Positions 48,590 through 57,697 of a stretch of DNA of 64,000 bases are shown here, one piece after another. Source of the DNA: Pseudomonadales bacterium. Lineage in GTDB: Bacteria; Pseudomonadota; Gammaproteobacteria; Pseudomonadales; GM7GCV1. The DNA lies in contig OZ244933.1 in assembly GCA_965222065.1 (NCBI GenBank), positions 1,912,538 through 1,976,537 on the forward strand, given 5' to 3'. The notes beneath the pieces are model-generated. The model did not search any database and was not told the DNA's origin. It saw only the letters and a program-made list of their open reading frames with translations. Every line of letters starts with the position of its first letter. Positions within the stretch are counted from its first letter, which is position 1. The translations under genes and the position numbers were made by a program.

Positions 48590-49465
48590 ATGAAAATTTC
48601 AACAAAAACACTATCTGCTGTCGTTTCCGTGGCATGGTTTTTCGCTGTTCCTGCCAGTGCGCAGGGAATTGATGACCGTATTCTGCATAACGACCCGGCC
48701 AATTATCGCCTGGCCGAAGCCCCGCACGCCGGGGCGGGCCCGCTGGATTACACAGCTATTATTGATCGTGGCGAACTGGCAACGGACTTCCTCTATCTGC
48801 ACGCGGGGCGTCTTCTGCCTAAAGGTGGAATCGGGCATCATTTTCACCACAGCAAAGAGGAAATGTACGTCATTCTCAATGGGGAAGCAGAATTTACCGT
48901 GGATGGTCGTACGTCCCTAATCCAGGCCCCCGTAGTGGTTCCCAACAAGTTGGGCAGTTCTCACGCGGTCGTCAATACAACAGATGAATCACTGCGCTGG
49001 TTAAATTTTGCGGTGGCCAAGGAGAATGCCAAGGGAGGATCCTTTGATCTGGGGGATGATCGCGTTGGCGTGCCCCTCGATCCGGTGCCCGTTTTTGTGT
49101 ATTCACGTCTGGATCAGGAGTCTCACCAGCGAGAGGTGTTTACACAATCCGATGAGCGTGTGCATTACACCCGGATACTGGGTCCCGATATTTTTACTAC
49201 CAACTGGAATCATGTCGACCAAATCATTCTCCCCGCCGGTAGTTCGTCTGACTCACGCCAACTGGTGGGTATGGAAGAGGTCTACTATGTGATGGAGGGT
49301 TCCGGCGCGGTTTCCATTGATGGGGCGACGGCCTCAATCGAAATGGACGACGCTTTTTCAATTACGATGGGCGAGACGGTTTCGGTTTCCAATAACGGCT
49401 CGGAAGATCTCAAGGTTCTGGTTATAGGCATTGCCGAGGATAAGGACTCGATACCAGCAGAATGA
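48590..49465 (+). CDS. Secreted cupin-domain (bicupin-like) protein
   Basis: 291 aa with signal peptide 'AVVSVAWFFAVPASAQG'. Cupin motif 'GGIGHHFHHSKEEMYVILNGEAEF' and a second beta-barrel-like half ('EEVYYVMEGSGAVSIDG'). Confidence 0.6.
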   Translation: MKISTKTLSAVVSVAWFFAVPASAQGIDDRILHNDPANYRLAEAPHAGAGPLDYTAIIDRGELATDFLYLHAGRLLPKGGIGHHFHHSKEEMYVILNGEAEFTVDGRTSLIQAPVVVPNKLGSSHAVVNTTDESLRWLNFAVAKENAKGGSFDLGDDRVGVPLDPVPVFVYSRLDQESHQREVFTQSDERVHYTRILGPDIFTTNWNHVDQIILPAGSSSDSRQLVGMEEVYYVMEGSGAVSIDGATASIEMDDAFSITMGETVSVSNNGSEDLKVLVIGIAEDKDSIPAE

Positions 49466-49506
49466 TTCCAGGGCGATTTCCTAAGCCCAATAAATCGAAA
49501 GTCCAA

Positions 49507-49537
49507 TAAAAAGGCCCGCATTTACGCGGGCCTTTTT
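49507..49537. terminator. Bidirectional rho-independent terminator between convergent genes
   Basis: AAAAA-GGCCCGC-ATTTAC-GCGGGCC-TTTTT. A-run and T-run flank a 7-bp GC stem. Confidence 0.8.
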
Positions 49538-50366
49538 AGTCAGATAATGCCGTTTCTCTTGCCAACATGGCATGTTTCCGGGTCTGGCCCCAGCGATAAC
49601 CTCCCAGCTCGCCATCACCCCGAAGAACCCGATGACAGGGGATGATCATTCCAATCGGATTGGCACCTATGGCGGTACCTACCGCGCGAGATGCGGCCGG
49701 TTTGCCAATCGCCCTGGCAATCTGGCCGTAAGAGGCAACCCTGCCGGATTGAATATTAAGCAGTGCACGCCAGACGCTAACCTGGAAATTGGTACCGCGA
49801 ACCCAGAGTGAAATTGGTGTCCGAGCGTTTTTACTTGTACTAAATAACCGGTTAGCCGTGACAGCAGCCCATTCGAAATTTTCATTAATACTTGCATGTG
49901 GCCATTGCCGGCACAGCACTTTAAGAGGGTCATGCATTGCCTTCTGGTCAATAAAATCCAGCTGGCAGATTCCCCGGGTTGTTTGGGCCAGAAATATTTG
50001 ACCAAATACGGTCTGGTGATAACCGTAATCAATGGATAGCCCTTGTCCCATATGGCGGTACTCTGAGGGGGTAACCGCTTCGATATGAACAAAATGGTCG
50101 TACAAACGGGAACTGCTGCTAAGGCCCACTTCATAGCTTGTACGCAGGGATGAGCTATCCTGTGATTTTAGAAGTTGTTTTGCCCGTTCCAGGGTGAGTG
50201 TTTGCAGGTATCGTTTCGGCGTGACCCCGGCCCAGCGGCTAAACAGGCGCTGAAAGTGGTATTCGCTAAGGTGGACCGACGCGGCAATGTCAGCCAGTGA
50301 TGGTTGTTTGTCGACATTTGCGCGAATGTAGTCAATGGCCCTGGCAATTTTGTCGTAGTCAGACAT
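49536..50366 (-). CDS. AraC-type HTH fused to methylated-DNA--protein-cysteine methyltransferase (Ada/Ogt-like)
   Basis: 276 aa. N-terminal AraC HTH 'LADIAASVHLSEYHFQRLFSRWAGVTPKRYLQ'. C-terminal MGMT active site 'IIPCHRVL'. Confidence 0.85.
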   Translation of the reverse strand: MSDYDKIARAIDYIRANVDKQPSLADIAASVHLSEYHFQRLFSRWAGVTPKRYLQTLTLERAKQLLKSQDSSSLRTSYEVGLSSSSRLYDHFVHIEAVTPSEYRHMGQGLSIDYGYHQTVFGQIFLAQTTRGICQLDFIDQKAMHDPLKVLCRQWPHASINENFEWAAVTANRLFSTSKNARTPISLWVRGTNFQVSVWRALLNIQSGRVASYGQIARAIGKPAASRAVGTAIGANPIGMIIPCHRVLRGDGELGGYRWGQTRKHAMLARETALSD

Positions 50367-50437
50367 ATTGGATTAACCTGCTGGGGTTTGGCCTATTATT
50401 TGCCGGAGAGCAGGCATAATCCATCCGGATCTTGCTA

Positions 50438-50881
50438 TCAGTTTCTGGCCAGGATTTGATCCAGCCGATTGGCAAAGGCTTGTCGGTCCGTATGGTTAAA
50501 CGGTGGTGATCCGCCGGTTTCCACGCCGGAAGAACGGAGTTGATCCATAAAGTCCCGCATGTTCAGGCGCGCGCCGATATTGTTCTTCGTGTACAGCTCC
50601 CCGCGGGGGCTGAGCGCCTGGGCACCCTTGGCAATAACGTCGGAAGCCAGGGGAATATCGGCAGTAATCACAAGATCGCCTGCCTCAACCCTCTGGACAA
50701 TTTCGTTATCGGCGACGTCAAATCCCCTGGGAACCTGGATAGATTGTATGAATCTGGACTTCGGAACGCCTATGTACTGGTTGGCCACCAGGATGACCTG
50801 TATTTCCCTGCGTTGGGCCGCGCGAAAGAGAATCTCCTTCACAGGTACCGGGCAGGCATCGGCATCGACATAAATCTTCAG
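50438..50881 (-). CDS. yaiI: YaiI/YqxD family protein (UPF0178/DUF188), probable CTG start
   Basis: The track ORF starts at M 50842. The in-frame upstream codons CTG-AAG-ATT-TAT-GTC-GAT-GCC-GAT-GCC-TGC-CCG encode '[11 protein letters not shown]', the conserved family N-terminus (E. coli YaiI begins MTIWVDADACP). The CTG overlaps the TGA of the upstream gene. Confidence 0.75.
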   Translation of the reverse strand: MKIYVDADACPVPVKEILFRAAQRREIQVILVANQYIGVPKSRFIQSIQVPRGFDVADNEIVQRVEAGDLVITADIPLASDVIAKGAQALSPRGELYTKNNIGARLNMRDFMDQLRSSGVETGGSPPFNHTDRQAFANRLDQILARN

Positions 50882-51414
50882 TGCTTTATCGCTCCGATGA
50901 CTTCAAGCAATCTGCTTTTGTACTCACCTGTCAGCTTGCCCGTGTCCTCGTCATAGTGGTCGTTAAAGTTGGGGATAGACAGGTGGGCCTTGATCTCAGT
51001 GCCAAAACGCGGAAAGGCGTTCAGGGCAATATCCATCACAGTGGCGCCGCCCCGGCCGCCGGGTGATGTAGACAGCAGGATCATGGGGGTGTCCTGGAAG
51101 ACTTGCTTTTCGATCCGGGTACACCAGTCAAACAGGTTTTTCCAGGCAGCGGGGAAGTTGCCATTGTGCTCCGCGGTGGAGACAACCAGTAAATCGGCAC
51201 CGGCAATTTTGGCAAGAAACTGTTTGGCCAGTTCAGCCTGTCCAATCTCGGCTTCGCGATCGACGCTAAAAAGCGGGATTTCATAATCGTTCAGGTCGAG
51301 GATTTCTATCTGGGTACTATCTTTGGCTTCGTCAATAAGGCTGGCTGCATAGGTGGCCAGTTTTTTGTTGATGGAATTCCGGCTGCTACTGGTAGAAAAG
51401 GCGATAACTTTCAA
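50878..51414 (-). CDS. NAD(P)H-dependent FMN reductase family flavoprotein
   Basis: 178 aa. Flavodoxin-like '[20 protein letters not shown]', '[19 protein letters not shown]' and 'STSPGGRGG'. Confidence 0.7.
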   Translation of the reverse strand: MKVIAFSTSSSRNSINKKLATYAASLIDEAKDSTQIEILDLNDYEIPLFSVDREAEIGQAELAKQFLAKIAGADLLVVSTAEHNGNFPAAWKNLFDWCTRIEKQVFQDTPMILLSTSPGGRGGATVMDIALNAFPRFGTEIKAHLSIPNFNDHYDEDTGKLTGEYKSRLLEVIGAIKH

Positions 51415-51475
51415 GAAAATTCCCCGGTATGTCTAATGAATGAATGGATATGTACGAGATTAACGGTCAAAGGGA

Positions 51476-51796
51476 TTAGTACTGACTTTTTGGCATATGA
51501 ACCACCAGTCCCTCGAGTTCTTCCGTCACTTCAATCTGGCATGAAAGCCGGCTGTTCTCCTGCATCTCGGAAGACATTTCCAGCATCAGCTGTTCTTCTT
51601 CGGAGGCTGTACCGGTCTTGTCTATCCAGGTGTCTTCGACAATGCAGTGGCAGGTTGCGCAGGCACAGGCGCCACCGCATTCGCCGATAATACCGTCAAT
51701 CATATTGTCCACGGCCCCCTGCATGACACTGTCGCCAACCGGAACGTCCGCTTCAAAGGCGTTGCCCTTGTGATCAATGTAAGTAATAAGTGGCAT
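51476..51796 (-). CDS. [2Fe-2S] ferredoxin, adrenodoxin/putidaredoxin type
   Basis: 106 aa. 'GECGGACACATCHC' plus the distal Cys in 'SRLSCQI'. Confidence 0.9.
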   Translation of the reverse strand: MPLITYIDHKGNAFEADVPVGDSVMQGAVDNMIDGIIGECGGACACATCHCIVEDTWIDKTGTASEEEQLMLEMSSEMQENSRLSCQIEVTEELEGLVVHMPKSQY

Positions 51797-51828
51797 GATG
51801 AGATTTCTCCTGATAAATCGTCGGTATT

Positions 51829-53103
51829 CTATTTAATGAGCTCAAGCATCTGTTTTGCTTCCAGAGTCTCGTCAGCAAGCTGTTCGGCACTTAATGCCCG
51901 GTCGTTTTTCAGCATCAGCTGTGCCAAACGAAATTCCATGGGGCGATTAATACAATCGGCAGCCACCAGTTTGCCGTCTAAAAAGTACCATGCAACAAAA
52001 CTGCGTGAATTTTCACTATCGCCGCGGATAATCACTCTGTCGTAATCATCATTTAATCCTGCCATTTGCAGTTTCAGGTCGTATTGGTCCGACCAGAACC
52101 AGGGCACGGAACAATAGGGTTTGATTTTGTCGCACATGGTTGCAGCCGCTGTTATGGCCTGCTCGGTTGCATTGGGTACGGATTCCAGTCGCAGGAGACG
52201 GTTGTAAATGGTATTGGGGTGCCGTGTGCAATCGCCCGCCGCAACGATGTTGCGATCGACTTCTGTGGCGGCATATTCGTCGACTATGATCCCGTCATCT
52301 ACCGGAATCCCGGCAGCCTCTGCCAGTTCGGTATTCGGGGTAATACCAATGCCGATGATTACCAGATCTGCCAGAAAGCGCTTGCCACTTTTGCAGATCA
52401 CGCTTTCTACCCTGTCGCTTCCTTCAAAGGAGTCCGGTTTCTCGCGGGTATGTATTTGCACACCTTCTTCCCGGTGAATTCGCGTGTAGAAGTCCGATAC
52501 GACCGGTGCGGTTACCCGGCGCAATACCCGGCTGGAATGTACCAGCACATCCACTGCCATACCCATCTTGCGTAGCAAGGCGGCCGCCTCGAGTCCAATA
52601 TAACCACCGCCTATGATAACGGCTCGCCCGCCGTGTTTGATGTCCTGCCTGATGGCGTCGGCATCACCCAGATCACGGAGGTAATGAATGCCAGGAAGGT
52701 GGCTTCCCGGGATAGCCAGTTTACGGACGCGTGCCCCCGTGCAGAGTGCCAGTTTGTCGTAGCTCAGTTTGTTGCCGTTACTCAGCGTAACGCTATTGGT
52801 TTCCCGGTCAATGTGTTCGGCACTTGTGTTGAGCAACCACTCGACCCCCAGCTTCTCGTAGGCTGCCGGTTTTCGAATCATCAGGTTATCCAGCGATTTT
52901 TCGCCACGAAGATAGGTCTTGGAAAGAGGCGGACGATGATAGGGGAGATGAGGAGCTTCCGAGACGGCGATGATACGTCCTTCCCAGCCTTCCTGGCGCA
53001 GGCCGGGAATGAGCTGCGCAGAGGCATGGCTGCCGCCGATAATCACGGCAGTTGAATCAGGGTTCATTTCCGGGTTCGTTACATGTGGTTTATTACAGGG
53101 CAA
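51829..53103 (-). CDS. FAD/NAD(P)H-dependent ferredoxin reductase
   Basis: 424 aa. FAD fold 'AVIIGGSHASAQL' and NAD fold 'AVIIGGGYIGLEAAA'. 'AAGDC' and 'WFWSDQYD' are typical of putidaredoxin/rubredoxin reductases. An internal Met ('MNPDST') is an alternative start. Confidence 0.85.
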   Translation of the reverse strand: MPCNKPHVTNPEMNPDSTAVIIGGSHASAQLIPGLRQEGWEGRIIAVSEAPHLPYHRPPLSKTYLRGEKSLDNLMIRKPAAYEKLGVEWLLNTSAEHIDRETNSVTLSNGNKLSYDKLALCTGARVRKLAIPGSHLPGIHYLRDLGDADAIRQDIKHGGRAVIIGGGYIGLEAAALLRKMGMAVDVLVHSSRVLRRVTAPVVSDFYTRIHREEGVQIHTREKPDSFEGSDRVESVICKSGKRFLADLVIIGIGITPNTELAEAAGIPVDDGIIVDEYAATEVDRNIVAAGDCTRHPNTIYNRLLRLESVPNATEQAITAAATMCDKIKPYCSVPWFWSDQYDLKLQMAGLNDDYDRVIIRGDSENSRSFVAWYFLDGKLVAADCINRPMEFRLAQLMLKNDRALSAEQLADETLEAKQMLELIK

Positions 53104-53248
53104 AGAGTAACCCAGTAGACAAGTGTCGACGAGGTCTATTGAGTAAAAAAGTTAAAGTTGGCAACTGTCACTGATGCACAGTGATTGCCCCTCTCGCTAA
53201 CATATGATTTCCTAGACTGCATAATTATTTGATTTAGGGAGGCAGGAG

Positions 53249-55186
53249 ATGTCCGAGCAAAAGTTTTATCAGGTTCCCGCGGCATTGGCAGATAGCGCTT
53301 ATATCAACCCGGTGCAGTATGAACGCCTTTACCGGGAATCTGTCGAACAGCCCGAGCGTTTCTGGTCACGTCATGCACAGGAATTTCTGTCCTGGAGCAA
53401 GCCATTTGAACAGGTTTTTGAGGGCGGCTTTGAAGATGCGCGTGTTCGCTGGTTCTCGGGTGGTCAGCTCAATGTCTGTGTGAACTGCGTGGATCGCCAC
53501 CTGGAAGAACGCGCTGATCAGGTTGCCATTATTTGGGAGGGAGATGACCCCAAAGACAGCAGGGAAATCACCTTTGCCGAACTGCACAGAGAGGTCAGCC
53601 GTCTGGGTAATGTGCTCAGGGCCAATGGCGTTAAAAAAGGGGATCGGGTGTGTATCTATATGCCCATGATTCCCGAGGCTGCTTACGCCATGCTTGCCTG
53701 TGCACGGATTGGGGCTGTCCACTCGGTGGTGTTTGGCGGGTTTTCCCCCAGCTCCCTGGCAGACCGTATTCACGATTCGGATTGCCAGGTAGTCATTACT
53801 GCCGATGAGGGCATTCGTGGCGGGAAGATCATTCCGTTAAAAGCAAATACCGACAAGGCGCTGGAGAGCTGTGCCAATGTACGGGCCTGCCTGGTGGTCA
53901 AGCGCACCGGAGGTGACATTCACTGGGAGGAAGGGCGTGACCTCTGGTACCACGAGCAGATGGAATCCGTCAGCGACGATTGCGAGCCGGAAGTCATGGA
54001 TGCCGAAGATCCCCTGTTTATCCTCTATACATCGGGTTCTACCGGAAAACCCAAAGGGGTTCTGCACACCAGTGCCGGTTATCTTCTGCAATCGGCCATG
54101 ACCTTTAAATACGTCTTTGACTACAAAGACGGTGAGACCTACTGGTGTACGGCTGATGTCGGCTGGATTACCGGGCACACTTATATTGTGTATGGGCCCT
54201 TGGCCGTCGCCGCAAAAACGCTGATGTTTGAAGGGGTTCCTACCTATCCCGATGCCAGCCGATGCTGGCAGGTTTGTGACAAGCACCGGGTTGCCCAGTT
54301 TTATACAGCCCCGACGGCATTGCGGGCATTGATGGGACAGGGAAATGAGTACGTCACCAAAACTTCACGCGATTCCCTGCGCATTCTTGGTACGGTGGGT
54401 GAACCTATTAATCCGGAGGCCTGGCAGTGGTATTACCATGTGGTCGGTGAGGACCGATGTCCGATTATGGATACCTGGTGGCAAACCGAAACCGGGGCTC
54501 ACATGCTGACTCCGCTACCAGGAGCGACGGGTCTAAAACCAGGCTCGGCAACCAAACCCTTCTTTGGTGTGCAGCCAGCCCTTCTGGATGAAAATGGCAA
54601 GGAAGTTGAAGGCGAAGGTGCTGGTGCCCTGTGCATTAAGCATAGCTGGCCCAGCCAGATGCGAACGGTATATGGCGACCATCAGCGCATGATTGACACC
54701 TATTTTTCCACCTATAAGGGCTATTACTTCACAGGCGACGGTGCGCGCCGCGATGCGGACGGGTATTACTGGATTACCGGCCGAATGGATGATGTGCTCA
54801 ACGTTAGTGGGCATCGCATGGGGACAGCCGAGGTGGAGAGTGCATTGGTCTTGCACGACAAGGTTGCCGAAGCGGCTGTGGTCGGGTTCCCTCACGATAT
54901 CAAGGGGCAGGGCATCTACGCCTATGTGACCCTGATGACCGGGGAAAAGCCGGGTGAGGATCTGAAAAAAGAGTTGATCGATCTTTGCGTCCAGGAGATT
55001 GGCCCAATTGCCAAGCCCGACGCGATTCAATGGGCGCCCGGGCTGCCCAAGACCCGTTCGGGAAAAATCATGCGTCGTATTCTGCGCAAGATTGCCAGCA
55101 ATGAGCTGGATAACCTGGGCGATACCTCAACCCTGGCGGACCCGGCCGTCGTGGATCAATTAATCGAAAATCGGGTATCGAGTTAA
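53249..55186 (+). CDS. acs: Acetyl-CoA synthetase
   Basis: 645 aa. '[15 protein letters not shown]', '[14 protein letters not shown]', 'DTWWQTETG', '[20 protein letters not shown]' and '[11 protein letters not shown]'. Confidence 0.96.
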   Translation: MSEQKFYQVPAALADSAYINPVQYERLYRESVEQPERFWSRHAQEFLSWSKPFEQVFEGGFEDARVRWFSGGQLNVCVNCVDRHLEERADQVAIIWEGDDPKDSREITFAELHREVSRLGNVLRANGVKKGDRVCIYMPMIPEAAYAMLACARIGAVHSVVFGGFSPSSLADRIHDSDCQVVITADEGIRGGKIIPLKANTDKALESCANVRACLVVKRTGGDIHWEEGRDLWYHEQMESVSDDCEPEVMDAEDPLFILYTSGSTGKPKGVLHTSAGYLLQSAMTFKYVFDYKDGETYWCTADVGWITGHTYIVYGPLAVAAKTLMFEGVPTYPDASRCWQVCDKHRVAQFYTAPTALRALMGQGNEYVTKTSRDSLRILGTVGEPINPEAWQWYYHVVGEDRCPIMDTWWQTETGAHMLTPLPGATGLKPGSATKPFFGVQPALLDENGKEVEGEGAGALCIKHSWPSQMRTVYGDHQRMIDTYFSTYKGYYFTGDGARRDADGYYWITGRMDDVLNVSGHRMGTAEVESALVLHDKVAEAAVVGFPHDIKGQGIYAYVTLMTGEKPGEDLKKELIDLCVQEIGPIAKPDAIQWAPGLPKTRSGKIMRRILRKIASNELDNLGDTSTLADPAVVDQLIENRVSS

Positions 55187-55192
55187 CCTAAA

Positions 55193-55224
55193 TGGGGTCA
55201 GGGTAAATTGTTGCCCTGACCCCA
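55193..55224. repeat. REP-like 32-nt palindromic element (TGGGGTCAGGG-N10-CCCTGACCCCA), copy 1
   Basis: 11-bp perfect stem located 7 nt after the acs stop. An identical stem recurs at 59082-59113 with a different loop. Confidence 0.85.
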
Positions 55225-55233
55225 ATTCTTCCA

Positions 55234-55806
55234 TTGATGGAAAATTTATTAACGGAAATAAGGGCTTGCAGACTCTGCGAGCCTGACCTTCCGCTCGGGG
55301 CCCGTCCGGTTATCCAGGCCAGTTCGTCGGCTAAAATCCTCATCGTTGGCCAGGCACCCGGACGACTGGTGCACCAGACGGGTTTGCCATTTAATGATCC
55401 CAGTGGAGACAGGCTAAGGGACTGGTTAGGGGTGGATCGCAAGGTGTTCTATGATGAAACCCGGATTGCCCTGGTCCCAATGGCGTTTTGTTTCCCCGGT
55501 ACCGGAAAATCCGGTGATTTACCTCCGCCGCCTCAATGCGCCCGAACCTGGAGATCGCAACTGATGGCCTCCTTGTCCCAGGTTGAGCTAACGATTGTTC
55601 TGGGCAAGTATGCGATTGGCTGGCATTTGCCTGAAGCCAGAAAACAGACGCTGACAGAAGTGGTTGCTGATTGGCGAACACATTGGCCGGAGCAACTGGC
55701 GTTACCGCATCCAAGCCCGCGCAATAATCTTTGGCTTAGACGAAATTCCTGGGTTGAGTCAGAGATCATACCCCTGCTCAGAAAGAGGGTTGCTAAGATA
55801 CTTTGA
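55234..55806 (+). CDS. Uracil-DNA glycosylase superfamily protein
   Basis: 190 aa. 'CRLC', 'ILIVGQAPG', 'GLPFNDPSGDRL' and 'LPHPSPRN' fit the UDG family 4/5-like layout. Confidence 0.75.
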   Translation: MMENLLTEIRACRLCEPDLPLGARPVIQASSSAKILIVGQAPGRLVHQTGLPFNDPSGDRLRDWLGVDRKVFYDETRIALVPMAFCFPGTGKSGDLPPPPQCARTWRSQLMASLSQVELTIVLGKYAIGWHLPEARKQTLTEVVADWRTHWPEQLALPHPSPRNNLWLRRNSWVESEIIPLLRKRVAKIL

Positions 55807-55823
55807 TGCAGTGCCGGATCGGC

Positions 55824-56459
55824 TTACAGGTCCAGCTGTTTGCGAATTTCCGCCAGCTTGCCCAGTCCTTCCTCTCTGGATACTTTGTTATCCGACTTGT
55901 CCGACCGTTCCCGGTCATCTTCCAGTTGTGGCACCTTGACTGTTTCGCCACGACTGATTTCCCCAAGCACGGTCTGGTAATTTCCGCGAAAGACGGGCAG
56001 GGCAAACTGCTCGGGGGTCGTGGATAAAAAATACCAGTCGGAGCGTCGCCCCGCCTCATAGACAGCGGGGTGGGACCATTCATGTTGTGCCTTGGGGCTC
56101 GGGGCGTTGCACGCTTCGACATAAGCCTGGTGAACGTCCGGAGCCCGGCAATCCTGTTCGGCACATCGAGCCAGCATCTGGTGCAGGGTAGGCAAATATT
56201 CCTGTTCTTCAATAATACGGCGAGTCGCCTGGAGCACCGTGTTTGCGCTATAACTCTTGAGGCTTTCAAACCAGAGTTTTTTCGCCTGGTTGAGCAATTC
56301 GCGATCATCCGAATAGGCTTTATAAAACTGGTTATGAAAATTGATTCGAAACAGGGTAAAGACCTGATTGATGGTTTCGATCAGGTCTGCCTGGTTATGG
56401 CTGTTCACTGGCCGGGAAGACTCAGGTTGCCCAGCTTCGGTCAGAGAGGTCTTCGACAA
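55824..56459 (-). CDS. Replication-protein-P-like (phage lambda P family) protein
   Basis: 211 aa. 'FTLFRINFHNQFYKAYSD...AKKLWFESLKSYSANTVLQATRRIIEEQEYLPTLHQMLARC' resembles my recollection of the lambda P family core. Overlaps the upstream DnaT-like gene by 38 nt. Confidence 0.4.
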   Translation of the reverse strand: MSKTSLTEAGQPESSRPVNSHNQADLIETINQVFTLFRINFHNQFYKAYSDDRELLNQAKKLWFESLKSYSANTVLQATRRIIEEQEYLPTLHQMLARCAEQDCRAPDVHQAYVEACNAPSPKAQHEWSHPAVYEAGRRSDWYFLSTTPEQFALPVFRGNYQTVLGEISRGETVKVPQLEDDRERSDKSDNKVSREEGLGKLAEIRKQLDL

Positions 56460-57543
56460 TGCTACGGTCTCTTAAGGAGTTTTCAGAGAGGTTTCGTTGC
56501 TGCCATTGCTTCTTGGCAAATTGCAGAAACAGCGTATTCCAGGATGGGCGCATTTCGTTGCGATCACGCCAGTACATAACAAATTCAGGCACCAGCTCCT
56601 GGGCAAATTTTGTGTCTATACGGGCTATGCGAAGCACGTCGTAGACGTCATCGCTGGGTTGCCAGTCAGCGGTCATCACCGTTGGGCGACTCTCGTTTTT
56701 TAATGTGTGCTGGTATTCCGCCCACTGCCGTTTCACATGATTAATAAAACGGGCATTCCAGGTGTTGCACTGGTCTCCTTTCTCTGACCAGTAAAGAATA
56801 AATTCGGGAATGGCATCTTCAATAAAGTTTCGATGAATACCCGCCTGGATTTCCAGAATCTCCAGGGCATCAGTCGAGGGCCGCCACTCGCGGGACATGG
56901 GTTTGGGTTCATTTTCCCGGGGTTGGTCCCAGCTTGAGGTATCCATTTTCCTGCTCTGGCTTTGGCGGGCCTCGAAATCACGCCATTTACGCAGTACATG
57001 GCTGACAAAGCGATTGCCCCAGGAATGCCTGGCTTCGCCCCGTTCACTCCAGTAATGGACAAATTCGGCTATCTGGTCATGGGCAAAGTGATTGGGCACT
57101 CCTTGCTGGGCCAGTAACCGCAAGGCATGCTCATCCGGACGCCAGTTGGGTGCCATGGCACCGGCCTGGGGTTTGGCAGGGTTGTGAGGCTCCGGTGAGT
57201 TGCTTACGGCAGGACGAGCGGGCTGGCTGTCTTCGTTAAAGGCATAACGGATCTCGCCGGACTCCCCCAGAGGTGCCGAGCTAATTAGAATGACACCCTG
57301 TTGGCGGAGGTTTTCGGCAATTCGCTGAATGTCAGTGGCTTTCCAAAAAGGTAACAGGGCCAGTAAATCCTGTGCTTTCAGGCTGTGCCATTGATATCGA
57401 CCACTGGCCCTGGCACTGCCCAGTGCACTCTCCATCGCGCCCTGATCGCTTAGGCACTGCAACAGAATGGCTTCTTCCAGACCCAGGGTGCTGGCCAGTT
57501 CGATAGAAAAAGCAATTTGGCGACTTGGGATCAGAAAGGACAT
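56422..57543 (-). CDS. Protein with three tandem DnaT-like DNA-binding repeats
   Basis: 373 aa with three ~54-aa repeats. 'WRPDEHALRLLAQQGVPNHFAHDQIAEFVHYWSERGEARHSWGNRFVSHVLRKW' (56983-57144). 'WRPSTDALEILEIQAGIHRNFIEDAIPEFILYWSEKGDQCNTWNARFINHVKRQW' (56722-56886). 'WQPSDDVYDVLRIARIDTKFAQELVPEFVMYWRDRNEMRPSWNTLFLQFAKKQW' (56503-56664). Confidence 0.6.
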   Translation of the reverse strand: MSFLIPSRQIAFSIELASTLGLEEAILLQCLSDQGAMESALGSARASGRYQWHSLKAQDLLALLPFWKATDIQRIAENLRQQGVILISSAPLGESGEIRYAFNEDSQPARPAVSNSPEPHNPAKPQAGAMAPNWRPDEHALRLLAQQGVPNHFAHDQIAEFVHYWSERGEARHSWGNRFVSHVLRKWRDFEARQSQSRKMDTSSWDQPRENEPKPMSREWRPSTDALEILEIQAGIHRNFIEDAIPEFILYWSEKGDQCNTWNARFINHVKRQWAEYQHTLKNESRPTVMTADWQPSDDVYDVLRIARIDTKFAQELVPEFVMYWRDRNEMRPSWNTLFLQFAKKQWQQRNLSENSLRDRSIVEDLSDRSWAT

Positions 57544-57697
57544 AGGGTTAGAAAATTGATCGATTCAAAACTGAATTCAAGAGTCTGCATGCTACACTCT
57601 GGTCGAAGTCTTGGCACTATCTGTGTGACGGCCTGGAACGCTGTGTAACATCTGAGAGCCAGATTAACGGCCAAATCCCATATTCAAATCAATAAAA

